Positions 59,419 through 64,000 of a stretch of 64,000 bases of DNA are shown here, in pieces. The notes under the pieces are model-generated. The model was not told where the DNA came from. It was given only the letters and a program-made list of their open reading frames with translations, and did not search any database. Numbering within the stretch: the first letter of the stretch is position 1; each line of letters opens with the position of its first letter. The translations under genes were made by a program, and so were the position numbers. Source of the stretch: an uncultured Solirubrobacteraceae bacterium. Lineage in GTDB: Bacteria > Actinomycetota > Thermoleophilia > Solirubrobacterales > Solirubrobacteraceae. The stretch is taken from NCBI GenBank assembly GCA_963725515.1, contig CAVRZB010000008.1, positions 137,791 to 201,790 of the forward strand, read 5' to 3'.

Positions 59419-61191
59419 ATGACCTTCCTCGGCTGGCTGACGATCTTCCTGTTCGCGGGCATCCTGACGGCGTTCGCGATCCCGCTCGGCTCCTACATGG
59501 CTGCCGTGTATACGGGCGAGCGCACGTTCCTGGATCCGCTGTTCCGCGGCCCGGAGCGGCTGCTCTACAGAGTCATGCGGGTCGATCCGGACAAGGGACA
59601 GGATTGGAAGGCCTACGCCAAGTGCGTGATCTTCTTCTCGCTCGCGGGCTGGCTGCTGCTGTATTTCATTCTGCGCACGCAGACGCTGTGGAACTGGACG
59701 GGACTGAACCCGCAGCACTTCCACTCGGCGCCGTGGAACGTGACGTTCAACACGACCTCGTCGTTCGTGACGAACACGAACTGGCAGTACTACGGCGGGG
59801 AGACGACGATGAGCTACTTCAGCCAGATGGCCGGGCTGACAGTGCAGAACTTCGTCTCCGCCGCGGTCGGGATCTCGGTGGCGATCGCGGTGATACGGGG
59901 GATCATCGGCCGCAGCGGCAAGAGCCTCGGCAACTTCTGGCAGGACCTCGTGCGCACCGTGCTGTGGGTTTTGTTGCCGATTTCGTTCTTGGTCGCCCTG
60001 GTACTCGTCTTCCAGGGCTCGATCCAGAACTTCTCGCACTACCTGAACGTCAACGGCCCGACGGGGCTCGCCAACCAGATCGCGCAGGGCCCCGTTGCCT
60101 CACAGGAGGCGATCAAAGAGCTCGGGACCAACGGCGGCGGCTTCTTCAACACGAACTCCGCTCATCCGTTCGAGAACCCGAGCGGGTTCACGAATCTTGT
60201 CGAGATGCTGGCGGTGCTGATCATCCCCGCAGCGCTCGTCTTCTGCTACGGGAAGATGGCTGGCAAGCGCCGCCAAGGCTACGCGATCTACGCGACGATG
60301 ATGATCATGTTCCTCGGCGCGGCGATCGTCGCCTTCATCGCCGAGGCGCACGGGTCCCCTGCGCAGCATGCCGCCGGCCTTCACACCGGCGTGATCTCCG
60401 GTTCTGGCGGGGGCAACATGGAGGGCAAGGAGCAGCGCTTCGGGATCGCCGGCTCAGCCCTGTTCGACGTCGTCACGACGGTCACCTCTTGTGGCGCGGT
60501 AAACAGCGCGATCGAATCGTTCACGGGGATCGGCGGCGCGATCCCGATGGCGAACCTGTCGGCCAGCGAGGTGATCTTCGGCGGCGTCGGCACGGGCCTG
60601 TACTCGATCCTCTTGTACGTGCTGCTGGCGGTCTTCCTCGGCGGCCTAATGGTCGGCCGCACCCCGGAGTACCTGGGTAAGAAGATCGAGGCGCGCGAGA
60701 TCAAGCTCGTCGTGCTCGGTCTCTTGATCACGCCGCTGGCGGCGCTGTTCGCGACTTCGTTGGCGACTGCAAGCAAGGCCGGGCGAGCTTCGATCTCCGC
60801 CGCGGCCAGCGGTAGTCCACAGGGCTTTTCTGAGACCATCTACGCTTACCTCTCCCAAGCGAACAACAACGGTTCTGCGTTCGCGGGCTACACGGGCTTC
60901 ATCCAGCCCAACGCCGGCAACGTCGGCTCGCACGGGATCACGTTCGCCGACCTGCTCGGCGGTTTGACGATGCTGTTCGCTCGCTTTGCGCCGATTCTGT
61001 TCGCGCTCGCGGTCGCCGGCGCACTGGCCGGCAAGCGCGTCAGTCCCGCCGGCCTCGGCACGATGCGTACGGACAACCCGACGTTCGTCGTGCTGCTGAT
61101 CGGCGTGATCGTGCTCGTCGGCGCGCTCACCTTCTTCCCCGCCCTGCTGCTCGGACCGATCGTCCAGGGCCTGACCGGACACCTCTACTGA
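59419..61191 (+). CDS. kdpA: K+-transporting ATPase subunit A
   Basis: SFVTNTNWQYYGGE, IKELGTNGGGFF, MEGKEQRFG, GLMVGRTPEYLGKKIE, ANNNGSAF. Confidence 0.97.
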   Translation: MTFLGWLTIFLFAGILTAFAIPLGSYMAAVYTGERTFLDPLFRGPERLLYRVMRVDPDKGQDWKAYAKCVIFFSLAGWLLLYFILRTQTLWNWTGLNPQHFHSAPWNVTFNTTSSFVTNTNWQYYGGETTMSYFSQMAGLTVQNFVSAAVGISVAIAVIRGIIGRSGKSLGNFWQDLVRTVLWVLLPISFLVALVLVFQGSIQNFSHYLNVNGPTGLANQIAQGPVASQEAIKELGTNGGGFFNTNSAHPFENPSGFTNLVEMLAVLIIPAALVFCYGKMAGKRRQGYAIYATMMIMFLGAAIVAFIAEAHGSPAQHAAGLHTGVISGSGGGNMEGKEQRFGIAGSALFDVVTTVTSCGAVNSAIESFTGIGGAIPMANLSASEVIFGGVGTGLYSILLYVLLAVFLGGLMVGRTPEYLGKKIEAREIKLVVLGLLITPLAALFATSLATASKAGRASISAAASGSPQGFSETIYAYLSQANNNGSAFAGYTGFIQPNAGNVGSHGITFADLLGGLTMLFARFAPILFALAVAGALAGKRVSPAGLGTMRTDNPTFVVLLIGVIVLVGALTFFPALLLGPIVQGLTGHLY

Positions 61192-61192
61192 C

Positions 61193-61851
61193 ATGAGACG
61201 CGACATCATCACCTCCGCGCTCGGCATCGTCGTGTTGACGCTGCTGCTCGGAATCTTCTACCCGCTCGTCATCACGGGCGTCAGCCAGGTCGCCTTCCCG
61301 GGCAACGCCAACGGCCAGCAGATCAAGCTGAACGGCAAGCTCGTGGGCTCCAAGATCATCGGCCAGAACTTCGCCGAGCAGGTGGTCAAGAACGGCAAGC
61401 CGCAGGTCGACAAGAGCGGCAACCCGGTGACCACGCCGGATCCTAGGTACTTCCAGAGCCGCCCGTCGGCGACCGTCCCCCCGAACAACGCCGCCGCAAC
61501 CACGTTCTCGAACCTCGGGCCCAACAACAAGGCGACCGAGCAGGCGATCGCGGCCAACATCCAGTCCTACATCGCGCTCGAGAAGCCCTACGTCCCTGGG
61601 CTCACCGCGGCGACCGTCCCGGTCGACGCCGCCGACACCTCGGCCTCGGGGATCGACCCAGATATCTCGCAGGCCAACGCCTGGATACAGGCCCACCGGA
61701 TCGCGGCCGTCCGGCGTCTGCCGTTGGCTCGGGTGAATCAGCTCATCGCGCAGTACACCCACGATCGCGGGATCGGATTCTCCGGTGAGCCCGGGGTCAA
61801 CGTGCTCCAGCTGAACCTCACCCTCGACCGCCTGAGCGCCGGAGGCCGCTG

Positions 61852-61852
<1 letters not shown>
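61193..61852 (+). CDS. kdpC: K+-transporting ATPase subunit C
   Basis: [47 protein letters not shown]. Confidence 0.95.
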
Positions 61853-63954
<2,102 letters not shown>

Positions 63955-64000
63955 TGGCGGCGAGCGGGTCGCGAGCGCGATCATGGCTGTGGTGACTGAC

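Noticed and set aside
59900-61000. Slightly more A/T-ending codons in part of kdpA as evidence of horizontal transfer
   Set aside because: Impression by eye only; no computed GC3 and no mobility signatures

Overview
Very GC-rich chromosomal window. Gene content suggests an actinobacterium, probably Thermoleophilia/Solirubrobacterales (inference). I found no IS elements, prophage, CRISPR array, tRNA or rRNA. 1-12.9 kb is a surface-polysaccharide locus: Wzz/Wzc co-polymerase, three glycosyltransferases, an O-antigen-ligase/TPR protein, a methyltransferase, a DegT aminotransferase, duplicated priming sugar transferases, a secreted beta-helix protein and an 80-aa LPFTG micro-protein. Housekeeping genes follow: gatCAB, folD, an NDP-sugar pair, pcrA, a Qng1-like queuosine salvage enzyme, a degenerate Rho paralog, folP with a coupled sigma/zinc-finger fusion, glpD, a c-di-AMP-riboswitch-controlled M23-like protein and pntAB. 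43.5-50.1 kb is a cobalamin-riboswitch operon: two DUF4430-like exported proteins, EcfT, EcfAA' and an ECF S component fused to a prenyltransferase-repeat barrel, divergent from a PduO-type adenosyltransferase. 54.4-64 kb is a kdp region: truncated kdpD, kdpE, two paralogous unknown genes, an extra 26-aa peptide, then kdpF-A-C-B. The best candidates for undescribed systems are (i) a possible 'split transcobalamin' B12 capture module on an ECF transporter, (ii) an identically spaced four-half-site promoter module repeated three times before the two unknown genes and the kdp operon, (iii) a Rho paralog lacking its catalytic Glu and Q/R loops, and (iv) the sortase-type micro-peptide inside the polysaccharide locus. 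All protein calls come from motif recognition by eye, not database searches. Many start codons were re-picked from overlap and promoter context.
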